Part shown: piece by piece, positions 47,457 to 58,578 of the stretch
Layout: every line of letters starts with the position of its first letter
Numbering within the stretch: position 1 is the first letter of the stretch
Origin: Deltaproteobacteria bacterium
Lineage (GTDB): Bacteria > Myxococcota_A > Polyangia > Fen-1088
Direction: 5' to 3'
Assembly: GCA_033763315.1 (NCBI GenBank)
Contig: JANRKS010000024.1
Span: 161,988 to 225,987, forward strand
Length of the DNA stretch: 64,000 nt
Made by a program: the position numbers and the translations under genes
Notes under the pieces: generated by a model
The model's input: only the letters and a program-made list of their open reading frames with translations
Told to the model about the DNA's origin: nothing
The model's database searches: none

Positions 47457-47690
47457 CTAAAGCTTAAATGTCGCCAATGGCGTTGGCAAAGGAGGCGGTG
47501 GCCCCCGATCGTCGGCCTTCGCTGGCGCCCCAGACGGCCGGGATGGCGCTTTCGCGGCACCTTTGCCCGGTTGCGATGGCTGCTTCTTTCGCTCGAGTGT
47601 TTCCCGTTCGGGCGCACCGTCGGCTGCGGATGTATCCGCTAAAGGGGCACCTGCCGGGGCACCTACCGCTTTCGAGTCCGCTTTCGCCAT
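47457..47690 (-). CDS. Small low-complexity hypothetical protein (77 aa) upstream of jag
   Basis: Fills the gap between a promoter-like element and jag; Ala/Pro/Lys-rich. Confidence 0.45.
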   Translation of the reverse strand: MAKADSKAVGAPAGAPLADTSAADGAPERETLERKKQPSQPGKGAAKAPSRPSGAPAKADDRGPPPPLPTPLATFKL

Positions 47691-47715
47691 TGCCGTCCGT
47701 GACTTAGGGCCATTG

Positions 47716-47745
47716 AAGTTACGGTGACCATCCCAGTCCTGTCAA
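47716..47745 (-). promoter_or_regulatory. Sigma70-type promoter for the small ORF and jag
   Basis: TTGACA-18 bp-TAACTT on the minus strand. Confidence 0.55.
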
Positions 47746-47815
47746 CAAGCCACGAGGGGTTTGGAAAAGACCCCCGTTCCTTGCTCTGCCTCGGGACCGC
47801 GGTTACCCTCGTTCC

Positions 47816-49330
47816 GTGACGGTGCAAATCAGTCGGTCGAAGCGTTTGATTCTTGAAAACACGGCCTCTTGTTTAGCCGTTGCCTGTGACGAAGGCGAAG
47901 CGGGCGACGTGTTCGCCCCCGGACCGCTCAGCGACCTGGATGCCGCCCTTGGCGGCGAGCTACGCAAACTAGCGACGGCTGAAAAATTTAAAGGCAAGAA
48001 GGGCCAGACGTTGTCGTTGACGACGCTGGGTAAGATTCCCTCCCAACGTTTGCTCCTGCTGGGAGTGGGGCCCCGCGCGGATGTGTTGGCCCACGATCTG
48101 CGCGCCCTTGCGGGGCGCGCCGTCAAATCTGCCAATGGTTTTGGGTGCCCATCGCTTGCGCTGGTGGCGCCCACGTCGCTATCCACCGGTGCCAATGCGA
48201 TGGATGGCCTGCAAGCCGCGGCCGAAGGCGCCCTGCTCGGTGGGTATCGTTTCGATAAGTACCTTGCTGAAGACAAGCGTACGGCAGCCACGCTCGCCCA
48301 AATCGACCTGGTTGGTTTCGAAGGTGACGACGCTGCCAGCGAGGCCGCCCTGGCACGCGCGCGCAACACAGCCACCGCTGTGGCGCGTGCCCGTGATCTG
48401 GTGAACGAACCCGCCGTGGCGATGACACCCACCATCTTGGCAAACGTCGCCGAAGGCCTAGCCAAAGCGGCTGCGATCGACATCACTGTGCTGGGACTCG
48501 AAGAGTGCCGCAAAGAAAACATGGGCCTGTTTCTTGCGGTTGCCCAAGGCAGCGCCGAGCCTCCACGCTTCATTCATATGGCGTATAAGCCCGCCAACGC
48601 GAAGAAGCGTATCGTGCTCGTGGGCAAAGGCGTGACGTTCGATTCGGGTGGCTTATCGCTCAAGCCGAACGAAGGCATGCTCGACATGAAGGTTGATATG
48701 GCGGGCTCCGCCGCCGTCATTTCAGCCATCGCGGCGGTGGCCGCTGAAAAGCTGCCCATTGAAGTGCACGCGCTCGCGGCCTGCACCGAAAACATGCCTT
48801 CGGGCACGGCTTACCGGTTGGGCGATGTGTTGCGATCAAAAGCGGGAAAAACCGTAGAGATCAACAACACCGACGCCGAAGGCCGCCTGACGCTCGCCGA
48901 CGCCATCACTTATGGCCTGGCGCTTAAGCCCGACCAGATCTTCGACTTCGCCACTTTGACAGGTGCGTGCGTGGTCGCGCTGGGGCCCCACATCGCTGGG
49001 GTGATGAGCAACAACAAACCTTTGGCCGACGCCTGGCTTGACGCCGCCAAAGCGGCGGGCGAAGAGATGTGGCCTTTGCCGTTGCCCGAACGGCTCACAG
49101 ACATGCTTCGTTCCGAAGTGGCCGACATGCGCAACACGGGCGAACGCTGGGGCGGCGCACTCACCGCGGGGCTCTTCCTCAAGACGTTCGTGGGCGACAC
49201 GCCTTGGGTTCACGTCGACATCGCGGGCCCGGCCACCGCAGACAAGGATGCAGGGCACACGTCTAAAGGTGGAACAGGCTTCGCGGTCTCAACCATCCTG
49301 ACGTACCTGCGCCGTATCGCCTCCGTCTGA
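47816..49330 (+). CDS. pepA: Leucyl aminopeptidase (M17)
   Basis: VGKGVTFDSGG, MKVDMAG, ENMP, NTDAEGRL, ATLTGA, WVHVDIAG. Confidence 0.95.
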   Translation: MTVQISRSKRLILENTASCLAVACDEGEAGDVFAPGPLSDLDAALGGELRKLATAEKFKGKKGQTLSLTTLGKIPSQRLLLLGVGPRADVLAHDLRALAGRAVKSANGFGCPSLALVAPTSLSTGANAMDGLQAAAEGALLGGYRFDKYLAEDKRTAATLAQIDLVGFEGDDAASEAALARARNTATAVARARDLVNEPAVAMTPTILANVAEGLAKAAAIDITVLGLEECRKENMGLFLAVAQGSAEPPRFIHMAYKPANAKKRIVLVGKGVTFDSGGLSLKPNEGMLDMKVDMAGSAAVISAIAAVAAEKLPIEVHALAACTENMPSGTAYRLGDVLRSKAGKTVEINNTDAEGRLTLADAITYGLALKPDQIFDFATLTGACVVALGPHIAGVMSNNKPLADAWLDAAKAAGEEMWPLPLPERLTDMLRSEVADMRNTGERWGGALTAGLFLKTFVGDTPWVHVDIAGPATADKDAGHTSKGGTGFAVSTILTYLRRIASV

Positions 49331-49522
49331 CGATCCTAAGTCGTTACGCTGCATTAGCGTCCAACGACTGGCCTAGAACGGGCGCCGTGGGGCGCTTTTC
49401 CGCCCGGCGCGGGGCCTATTTTCGGTCCACACTTAATGAAGGCGCGCCAAATCGAAAAAAAAGAAAAAACATCAACAGATTCAAGAGCCTTGACGAAGCT
49501 TTTGTTTAGTGGTCTTTCTAGC

Positions 49523-49551
49523 TTGCCCGAACTATACCCTCATGGTAGATT
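49523..49551 (+). promoter_or_regulatory. Sigma70-type promoter of the CarD/CdnL gene
   Basis: TTGCCC-17 bp-TAGATT with extended TG; an A-tract lies further upstream. Confidence 0.5.
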
Positions 49552-49611
49552 CCGGCCCGCCTTGAAGCTGAGGGCAAGAGGCAAACCACTCAATTTTAGG
49601 AGTGTCTTTTA

Positions 49612-50103
49612 ATGGAGCCGAATTTTCACGTAGGTGATTTGGCGGTGTACCCAGCCCACGGCGTTGCCGAGGTTATGGGAATCGAAACCCGCGAGATTGC
49701 TTCTTCCAAGCAAACTTTCTACATCCTGAAGATCTTAGACAATGGGATGAAAGTCATGATTCCCACCCGCAATGCCAGCGCTGTTGGTTTGCGAGAACTC
49801 ATCAGGGAAGACGAAGTGGAAGAAGTGTTTGAGATCCTCAAGAGCCGCGAAATTGCGGTTGAGGGTCAAACCTGGAACCGTCGCTACCGCGAGTACATGG
49901 AGAAAATCAAGACGGGTTCCGTTTTTGAAATCGCCGAAGTGCTTCGCGATCTGCAACGCTTGAAGTCCGATAAAGAACTGTCGTTCGGTGAACGCAAAAT
50001 GCTCGACACGGCTCGCACCCTGTTGGTCAAAGAAATCGCCGTGGCGACAAAATCAAACGAAGTGAACATCGAAGAGAAGTTGAACAACATCTTCTCCTGT
50101 TGA
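49612..50103 (+). CDS. cdnL: CarD family RNA polymerase-binding factor (CdnL type)
   Basis: GDLAVYPAHGV, VMIPT...VGLR, TWNRRYREYMEKIKTG, LSFGERKM. 163 aa, no AT-hook domain. Confidence 0.92.
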   Translation: MEPNFHVGDLAVYPAHGVAEVMGIETREIASSKQTFYILKILDNGMKVMIPTRNASAVGLRELIREDEVEEVFEILKSREIAVEGQTWNRRYREYMEKIKTGSVFEIAEVLRDLQRLKSDKELSFGERKMLDTARTLLVKEIAVATKSNEVNIEEKLNNIFSC

Positions 50104-50123
50104 TTCTGGTTTATCCGGAATGA

Positions 50124-50163
50124 AAGAACCCCAGGGGCTCTCGCCACTGGGGTTCTTGATTTT
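50124..50163. terminator. Intrinsic terminator between the convergent cdnL and gyrB genes
   Basis: AAGAACCCCAG...CTGGGGTTCTT stem followed by a T-rich tract. Confidence 0.7.
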
Positions 50164-50222
50164 GTGGCCGATGAACCTGCGCTCCTGCCATTGAAAGCAA
50201 GCGCGCGGTTGAAACACAATCA

Positions 50223-52676
<2,454 letters not shown>

Positions 52677-52838
52677 TTAATCACTCACCTTCAGGGCGCA
52701 CGCGGCGCTAGGTCTTGCCGTCCCTGGTGACCAAAAAGTGGCCCACCCGGTGTTCTGTTTGAATCCAGAAAAAACAAGAGTTTTTCGATATCTACCACAG
52801 TTCCAATTAAGTTGGTAAAGGAAAACACGAACCCGAGC

Positions 52839-53933
52839 TCACCCAAGCAGGAGCTGGCCCGCATCGACGCGAACGTCCGTGCGCGATGGCAGCTGGGGCA
52901 AAAACTCAGGGTCGGTGACGGTGATCAGGGTTTGTCCGTCCAAAGCAGCGATCGTCTCGAACAGCCGCCGCCGCCGTTGCCCGTCAAGTTCACTCGCGAC
53001 GTCGTCAAGGAGCAGCAAAGGGGCCTCACCCAAGGTTTCGCCCAGCAAGGCCAGCTCGGCCAGCTTCAAAGACAGCACGAGCGACCGCAGCTGCCCCTGG
53101 GAGCCATGATCCTTGGCCAAGTGGCCCTTGAGCCCCAGTTCAAGATCGTCAGCGTGCGGCCCGTATCCCGTGAAGCCCCGTCGCAGGTCGAGGTCTCGGC
53201 GTTCGCGCAGGCCGCTCTCGATGGCCGAAGCGAGGTCGGATTCGGTGTGAACGTCGGCAAGGCTTGGGTGGCCCCGGTAGGCGAGGGTGGCGTCGAGGTC
53301 AGCGTGGATCTCGGTGAATAGGGCTTGGAACCGGGGCAGCAGCCGGGCGCACACCTGGCGACGGCGGGTCACCAAACGCGCTCCCGCGCCCCCCAGTTGC
53401 TGATCGTAGCTGTCGAGGAGTGTGGGGTTGCCACCGCGCTTTAGCGCCACGTTGCGGCTCTTGAGGAGCTTGGCGTAGGTGGCAGCCTCCCGGTAATAAC
53501 CTCGATCTTGTCCAAAGATGGCCAGATCCAAGAAGCGCCGCCGGGCCGACGGAGGGGACTTGGGCAGCAACAGATCTTCTGGCACGAACAAGACCATGCC
53601 GAAAGGCGCCAAGGCGGGGCTGTCGCGGCGAATGGTTTTGCCGTCGAGTTTGAAGGACCGGCGTTCCGGAAGGATCTCGGCCTGCAGCAGCCGTTGCAAA
53701 CCCGCTCCCTCGAGTTCCGCTTCGAGCTTGGCGCCCGGCGCTTCCCATGCCCACAGATCCGCGGCCGTGGACGTGCGGAACGAACGAAATGCCAGAAGGT
53801 AATACACAGCCTCAACGACATTCGTTTTGCCCTGGCCGTTGTCGCCCGAGATAACCGTGGCGCGCGGTCCCGGTCTAAACACGGTGGGTGCGAGGTTTCG
53901 CCAGCCGCGGGCGCGCAAGAGGTTAAGGCGCAT
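52839..53933 (-). CDS. recF: DNA replication and repair protein RecF
   Basis: GDNGQGKTN, RRRFLD, GPHADDL, SQGQ, LLLDDVASELD; located between dnaN and gyrB. Confidence 0.95.
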   Translation of the reverse strand: MRLNLLRARGWRNLAPTVFRPGPRATVISGDNGQGKTNVVEAVYYLLAFRSFRTSTAADLWAWEAPGAKLEAELEGAGLQRLLQAEILPERRSFKLDGKTIRRDSPALAPFGMVLFVPEDLLLPKSPPSARRRFLDLAIFGQDRGYYREAATYAKLLKSRNVALKRGGNPTLLDSYDQQLGGAGARLVTRRRQVCARLLPRFQALFTEIHADLDATLAYRGHPSLADVHTESDLASAIESGLRERRDLDLRRGFTGYGPHADDLELGLKGHLAKDHGSQGQLRSLVLSLKLAELALLGETLGEAPLLLLDDVASELDGQRRRRLFETIAALDGQTLITVTDPEFLPQLPSRTDVRVDAGQLLLG

Positions 53934-54001
53934 GAGATGACGTTGAGGCCCCGGTGCGGGACGCGCGGTTCCGGGGCCGTCAGAGGTGTCAGCGGAAGGT
54001 T

Positions 54002-55111
54002 TTAAAGCCGCATAGGCATAACGACACCGAGGTAATCAGTGTTGTCCGACGGGCGAACCACCGCCGGGTCAAGCTCGCCTGCCAGTTCGAGCTGCACTTC
54101 GGGGCTGCCCATTTCGTTGAGCAGTTCGATGAAGTACCGGGCGTTGAATCCCACTTGAACGGGCGCGCCCTTGTATTCAACCTCGATGCGCTCGCGCGCG
54201 TTTCCAAGATCGGGGCTGTCAGCTTCAATCGACAACCATCCCTTATCAAGCGACAAGCGGACGCCCCAGGTCTTGTCCGAAGCCATGATGGCCACGCGTC
54301 GCAAGGCCTCTAGGAAGCCGTCTCGCGGCACGAAGACCTTCCGGTCGTTCTCTGCGGGGATCACCTGCTGGTAGGGCGGGAATTGGCTGTCAGAGAGTTT
54401 TACAGCCAGGCCAATCTCGTCGGCCTTAACCACGAGCTGCCCATCCTTGACGCCGATGCCTACGGGCGATTGGCGGCCTTCCACCACGCGGCGCAGTTCC
54501 ATCACGCCTTTGCGAGGGATTAGGATCCCCTGGGCCAACACCGGGCCCCCTTCAAGCTTGCGTTCAACCTTGGACAAGCGATGGCCGTCCGTCGAGACCA
54601 TCCGGCCAATCTTGCCGTCGCACTCAAACAACACACCGGCTAAATGCTGACGCGTTTCATCCGAAGAGACAGAGAAGATCGTCTTGCCAATCATTTCCGA
54701 CAACGCGTGCGGGTCCACGTTTACGGTTTGCACTTCACTGATGGGCGGAAGCTTCGGGAAATCTTTGTCGGCCATGCCCACGACTTTGAACTCAGCACGA
54801 CCCGATCGGATCTCGGCCCAATTCTGTTCGGTGCGGCGCAGATGCACTTCATCGCCCGACAAGCCCTTGATGATGTCGTGGATCTGTTTGGCCCCCAGGG
54901 TGAGCCCACCTTCTTGTTCCACGCGCGCAGGTAAGTCGGCGACCAACGCCACGTGCAAATCCGTGGCAGCGCAGATCAAACGATCCTTGCCATTCGTCTT
55001 GAACAACACGTTTGCCAATATAGGCAACGTGCCTTTGCGATCTGCGATCCCTGATGCCAGGTGCAGCCCTTTGAGTAATTGCGCTCGATCAATCTTGAAG
55101 TCCACGGACAC
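54002..55111 (-). CDS. dnaN: DNA polymerase III beta clamp
   Basis: LPILANV, ATDL, STDGHRL, FPPYQQVIP, GFNARY, VVMPMRL. Confidence 0.97.
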   Translation of the reverse strand: MSVDFKIDRAQLLKGLHLASGIADRKGTLPILANVLFKTNGKDRLICAATDLHVALVADLPARVEQEGGLTLGAKQIHDIIKGLSGDEVHLRRTEQNWAEIRSGRAEFKVVGMADKDFPKLPPISEVQTVNVDPHALSEMIGKTIFSVSSDETRQHLAGVLFECDGKIGRMVSTDGHRLSKVERKLEGGPVLAQGILIPRKGVMELRRVVEGRQSPVGIGVKDGQLVVKADEIGLAVKLSDSQFPPYQQVIPAENDRKVFVPRDGFLEALRRVAIMASDKTWGVRLSLDKGWLSIEADSPDLGNARERIEVEYKGAPVQVGFNARYFIELLNEMGSPEVQLELAGELDPAVVRPSDNTDYLGVVMPMRL

Positions 55112-55130
55112 CCTCTGTTGAAGGCGTACC

Positions 55131-55357
55131 CTACATTAATTTTTAGGTAAATAGATCAGATCTTAGAGGTCATTAGTAGGGCCTGTGGGAACCTTGAAGA
55201 CGTTGATCTTGCCCAGCTTTACCTGTGGTTTGTCCTGTGGGTGGTTCTGGAGCGATCGTTGATAACCCACAAAAGGCGCGGTGCGCGGAGTTGCCCAGTG
55301 TGCGTCCACACCTTCCCCACACCCCGGCCAACAGGGATATCCACACCTTCATCCACA
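55131..55357. other. Predicted oriC unwinding region (AT-rich tract, DnaA-trios, GGCC, DnaA-box cluster)
   Basis: ATTAATTTTTAGGTAAATAG...CAT TAG TAG GGCC TGTGGGAAC (55171-55192). Box-like 9-mers at 55263, 55313, 55337 (ATATCCACA) and 55349 (TCATCCACA). Confidence 0.75.
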
Positions 55358-55440
55358 GCGCAACGGATGCGGGTGACCACGGAAAACCCCTACGAATGAG
55401 CCTGAAACACGTTCTTCCCGCTTCGTGCGGACCCAAATGC

Positions 55441-55474
55441 AAAAAGCCCGCCGGCGTGAAGCGGGCGGGCTTTT
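55441..55474 (-). terminator. Intrinsic terminator just downstream of dnaA
   Basis: AAAAGCCCGCC...GGCGGGCTTTT inverted repeat with A/T tails on both sides. Confidence 0.75.
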
Positions 55475-55490
55475 CATGGCGAACAAAAGC

Positions 55491-56864
55491 TCAAATGTCG
55501 CGTAGGTGAGACTCGAGCGTGGTGACAATGCTCCGTTGAGCCGCATCGTCTTTCACCATGCGCTCGATCTTCCGTACCGCGCTGATAACCGTCGAGTGGT
55601 CCTTGCCGCCAAAACGGCTGCCAATCTCGGGGTAACTCATGGCTGTGAGTTTGCGGGCCAGATACATCGCGATGGCGCGCGGATGAGCCACGGCACGATG
55701 GCGTTTTGGCCCTTTAAGATCCGCCAGTTTCACACTGAAATACGTTGAGACCTCGCGTTGCACGGCCTCGATGGTGAGGCCGACGGGAGAGCTGGCAACG
55801 ATGTTTTTCAGGGCGTCTTGTGCAAGCTCGAGCGTCAGCGGACGGCTTTCGAAAGACGCGCGGGCGCTCACACGCGCCAATGCGCCTTCAAGGTCGCGCA
55901 CGTTGGTTTTGATGGCGGTGCCGATAAACAACGCGACTTCGTCGGGCAGGTCGATGCGATCAAGCTCCGCCTTTCGTTTCACAATGGCAACGCGCGTTTC
56001 GAGATCAGGCGTACCAACCTCCGCGATCAATCCCCACGTAAAACGGCTGCGCAAGCGGTCTTCAAGGCCGGCCACTTCGCTCGGCAATTTGTCGCAGGTC
56101 ATGACGATCTGCTTGTGGGCGTAGTGAAGCGCGTTAAATGTGTGAAAGAACTCGTCTTGCGAACTGTCTTTGTTCGACAAAAACTGGATGTCGTCGATCA
56201 ACAGCACGTCGGGAAACTCGCGGTAGCGGGCGCGAAACTCCTCCATCTGGTTGGCGCCGCCGCCGCGGTTCATCAAGGAGCTGATGAAGTCTGTGACGAA
56301 ACGCTCGCACGTGACGAACACGACGTTCCATTCGGGGTGCTGACGATAGATTTCGTGTCCAATGGCCTGCAGGAGGTGGGTCTTGCCTACGCCCACGCCA
56401 CCGTAGATGAACAACGGGTTGTACTTTTCCCCAGGCGACTCAGCGACGCTTTGGGACGCTGAGTAAGCGAACCGGTTCGTGGGCCCGACGACGAACTTCT
56501 CGAAGGCGTACCGCGATAGCAGGCTGGGTGGCTTGGCGTGCGCAGGCAGTTCCATGCGCGTGGCGCTGGCCACGGGCATATCCCCCGAACGCTGAGACAC
56601 CCCTGCAGGGCGCGGCTCTTCTTCGATCTCGAACTCGACTGTGAAAGTCTGCAGGGTGCGGTTTTCCAGGTCGCGGAGAATGGACGGGAGGAAGTGATCT
56701 TCAAACCACTCCTTGTGGTAACGGTTGGGGGCGCGGAGTCGGATCTTTCCTTCAACGATTGAAATGCACTCGATCGGCCGAAGCCACAGATTGCGGTGAG
56801 CCGGCTTTACCATTGGCTCGATTGAACGGACGGCTTCTCCCCAAAGTTCGATCATGTTTTCCAC
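55491..56864 (-). CDS. dnaA: Chromosomal replication initiator DnaA
   Basis: YNPLFIYGGVGVGKTHLL, LLIDDIQF, EFFHTFN, RLRSRF, NVRDLEGAL, GGKDHSTV. Confidence 0.98.
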   Translation of the reverse strand: MENMIELWGEAVRSIEPMVKPAHRNLWLRPIECISIVEGKIRLRAPNRYHKEWFEDHFLPSILRDLENRTLQTFTVEFEIEEEPRPAGVSQRSGDMPVASATRMELPAHAKPPSLLSRYAFEKFVVGPTNRFAYSASQSVAESPGEKYNPLFIYGGVGVGKTHLLQAIGHEIYRQHPEWNVVFVTCERFVTDFISSLMNRGGGANQMEEFRARYREFPDVLLIDDIQFLSNKDSSQDEFFHTFNALHYAHKQIVMTCDKLPSEVAGLEDRLRSRFTWGLIAEVGTPDLETRVAIVKRKAELDRIDLPDEVALFIGTAIKTNVRDLEGALARVSARASFESRPLTLELAQDALKNIVASSPVGLTIEAVQREVSTYFSVKLADLKGPKRHRAVAHPRAIAMYLARKLTAMSYPEIGSRFGGKDHSTVISAVRKIERMVKDDAAQRSIVTTLESHLRDI

Positions 56865-57523
56865 AGGTCAGGGCACAGAAATACATGAATAGATCCAGGG
56901 CCTTCGAATACACGATCCCCAGAGTATCCACAGAAAAGCCCCGCGCCTTATCGCCCCGTCGGTTCACCCATGAAGAGGGTCAATCGCCGTGGGTGAGACT
57001 GCTTTGGCGCTGCGAGCGAGGAACTCTCTAGCAGAGCGATTTCCGGCGCAGCAAGCGTGAGAAAGCGCAAAGCCGTAAGCTCGCGAAGATCCGAGGGGTT
57101 TTTGTCCACAAACAATTTTGCAATCTGTATCTTGACGTGCCCATTTCGCCGGGGGGTGTGGATAACTTTCGGATCTCACACAGCTTTTTAGCCGCGCCGG
57201 AGAGGCCGCGGCGGCGTCCCCAGTATTTTGCAGGACATGTTGGATGACCTTTCGGCAAATTCCCATTCCATGGGCTCTGCAGCGATCGTGGTCGGACGCG
57301 CAGCCGTTTTTTGGGCGTCAGCCGAAACGCGGGTGTCACGAACCTGTCACCCGTGGGCGTTTTCGTTCCCAAGGCTGCGAATCACGCATTTTTCCGCGCT
57401 TCACGCGGCTGATCGGTCAAAGCTTACGACCAGGCGGCCGAAGGGCGGCCGAAGGGCCCTTGCCGGGTCAGATCCGGGCCCCCTGCGCGATCTGGGCCAT
57501 GGCGCCAAGGGGCCTGTGGAAAA
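56857..57523. promoter_or_regulatory. DnaA-box array in the dnaA-rpmH intergenic region
   Basis: TTTTCCACA 56857 (over the dnaA start), GTATCCACA 56924, TTGTCCACA 57102, perfect TGTGGATAA 57157, TGTGGAAAA 57515. Confidence 0.75.
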
Positions 57524-57548
57524 CTCCCCAGAGAAGAAGAGCGTTTCA

Positions 57549-57577
57549 TTGACACTGATTTTCGCCAGTGCTACTTA
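57549..57577 (+). promoter_or_regulatory. Sigma70-type promoter of rpmH
   Basis: TTGACA-17 bp-TACTTA with extended TG. Confidence 0.6.
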
Positions 57578-57611
57578 GTCGCTCCCACGCGGTTCGGAAC
57601 CGGAGGACATT

Positions 57612-57761
57612 ATGAAGAGGACATATCAGCCGTCCCGTGTTAGCCGGAAACGGACACACGGATTTCGCAAGCGAATGAAAACCAAAGCCGGGCGCGAGGT
57701 ATTGCGCCGCCGCCGTCGACGCGGCCGCAAGCAGCTCGTGGTAACCGTTCCTAAAAAGTAG
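57612..57761 (+). CDS. rpmH: 50S ribosomal protein L34 (missing from the ORF track)
   Basis: Translated by hand: [49 protein letters not shown]; GGAGG SD. Confidence 0.97.
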   Translation: MKRTYQPSRVSRKRTHGFRKRMKTKAGREVLRRRRRRGRKQLVVTVPKK

Positions 57762-57830
57762 TTTGTTGCGTGGCGTGGCTTCGGCCGCGCCCAGTTGACA
57801 TTTGCGACGTTGAAACGGTGGAACGTTTAT

Positions 57831-58250
57831 ATGACGGTCGGCCCACCAACTCGCGGTTTAACCAGTGATGACAGCGGTCGTCGCCATGTCCAACGGTTTC
57901 CGCGGAAGCTGCGCGTCCGAAAGCGGACAGAGTTTCTGCGGATTCAAAGCAGCTCCACCAAGGCCTCGGGAAAGAACTACACCCTGATGGCGTCCCCCGC
58001 CGAGACAGCGACCGGGGTCTTTAGGCTCGGCATCACCGTTAGCCGCAAGGTGGGCAACGCCGTTGTACGCAACCGAGTGAAGCGATGGTTGCGCGAAAGT
58101 TTTCGTCGGCATGCGGCAGCGCTCGCCGCACCGGCGAAGGGGACGGATCTTGTGGTCATAGCCCGACCCAGCGCCGCCGCTTCCCGTTTCATTGAGACCC
58201 ACAGTGAACTTGGGCGCTTGATGGATCGGCTTGTGGGCCGTCGTGGCTAG
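57831..58250 (+). CDS. rnpA: Ribonuclease P protein component
   Basis: RLGITVSRKVGNAVVRNRVKRWLRE RNR motif; follows rpmH. Start uncertain. Confidence 0.93.
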   Translation: MTVGPPTRGLTSDDSGRRHVQRFPRKLRVRKRTEFLRIQSSSTKASGKNYTLMASPAETATGVFRLGITVSRKVGNAVVRNRVKRWLRESFRRHAAALAAPAKGTDLVVIARPSAAASRFIETHSELGRLMDRLVGRRG

Positions 58251-58260
58251 GGCCGTCCTC

Positions 58261-58548
58261 ATGCCAGACTCCCCACGCGAGTTACAGAGCTTGCCTTTTG
58301 CCTCGCGTGCGCTCGTGGCCGCTCTGCGGATCTATCAGATTGCTCTATCGCCCCTGTTCGGCAGAGCTTGCCGATTCGAGCCGACGTGTTCAGCCTACGC
58401 GGTGCAGAGCATACGAATCCATGGAGCCTGGTTCGGTTTGTGGTATGCCCTGCGGCGCCTGGCTCGTTGCCACCCGTTTTGTGCGGGCGGGTTCGATCCG
58501 GTACCGCCTGCGCGGGTGTCCGAGCAAAACAAAACAGAAAGCCACTAG
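58261..58548 (+). CDS. yidD: Membrane protein insertion efficiency factor YidD
   Basis: YQIALSP...CRFEPTCSAY...RCHPF..GGFDPVP. Confidence 0.93.
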   Translation: MPDSPRELQSLPFASRALVAALRIYQIALSPLFGRACRFEPTCSAYAVQSIRIHGAWFGLWYALRRLARCHPFCAGGFDPVPPARVSEQNKTESH

Positions 58549-58578
58549 GGGCGCCGCCGGCGTCCCACTAGGTCGTTC

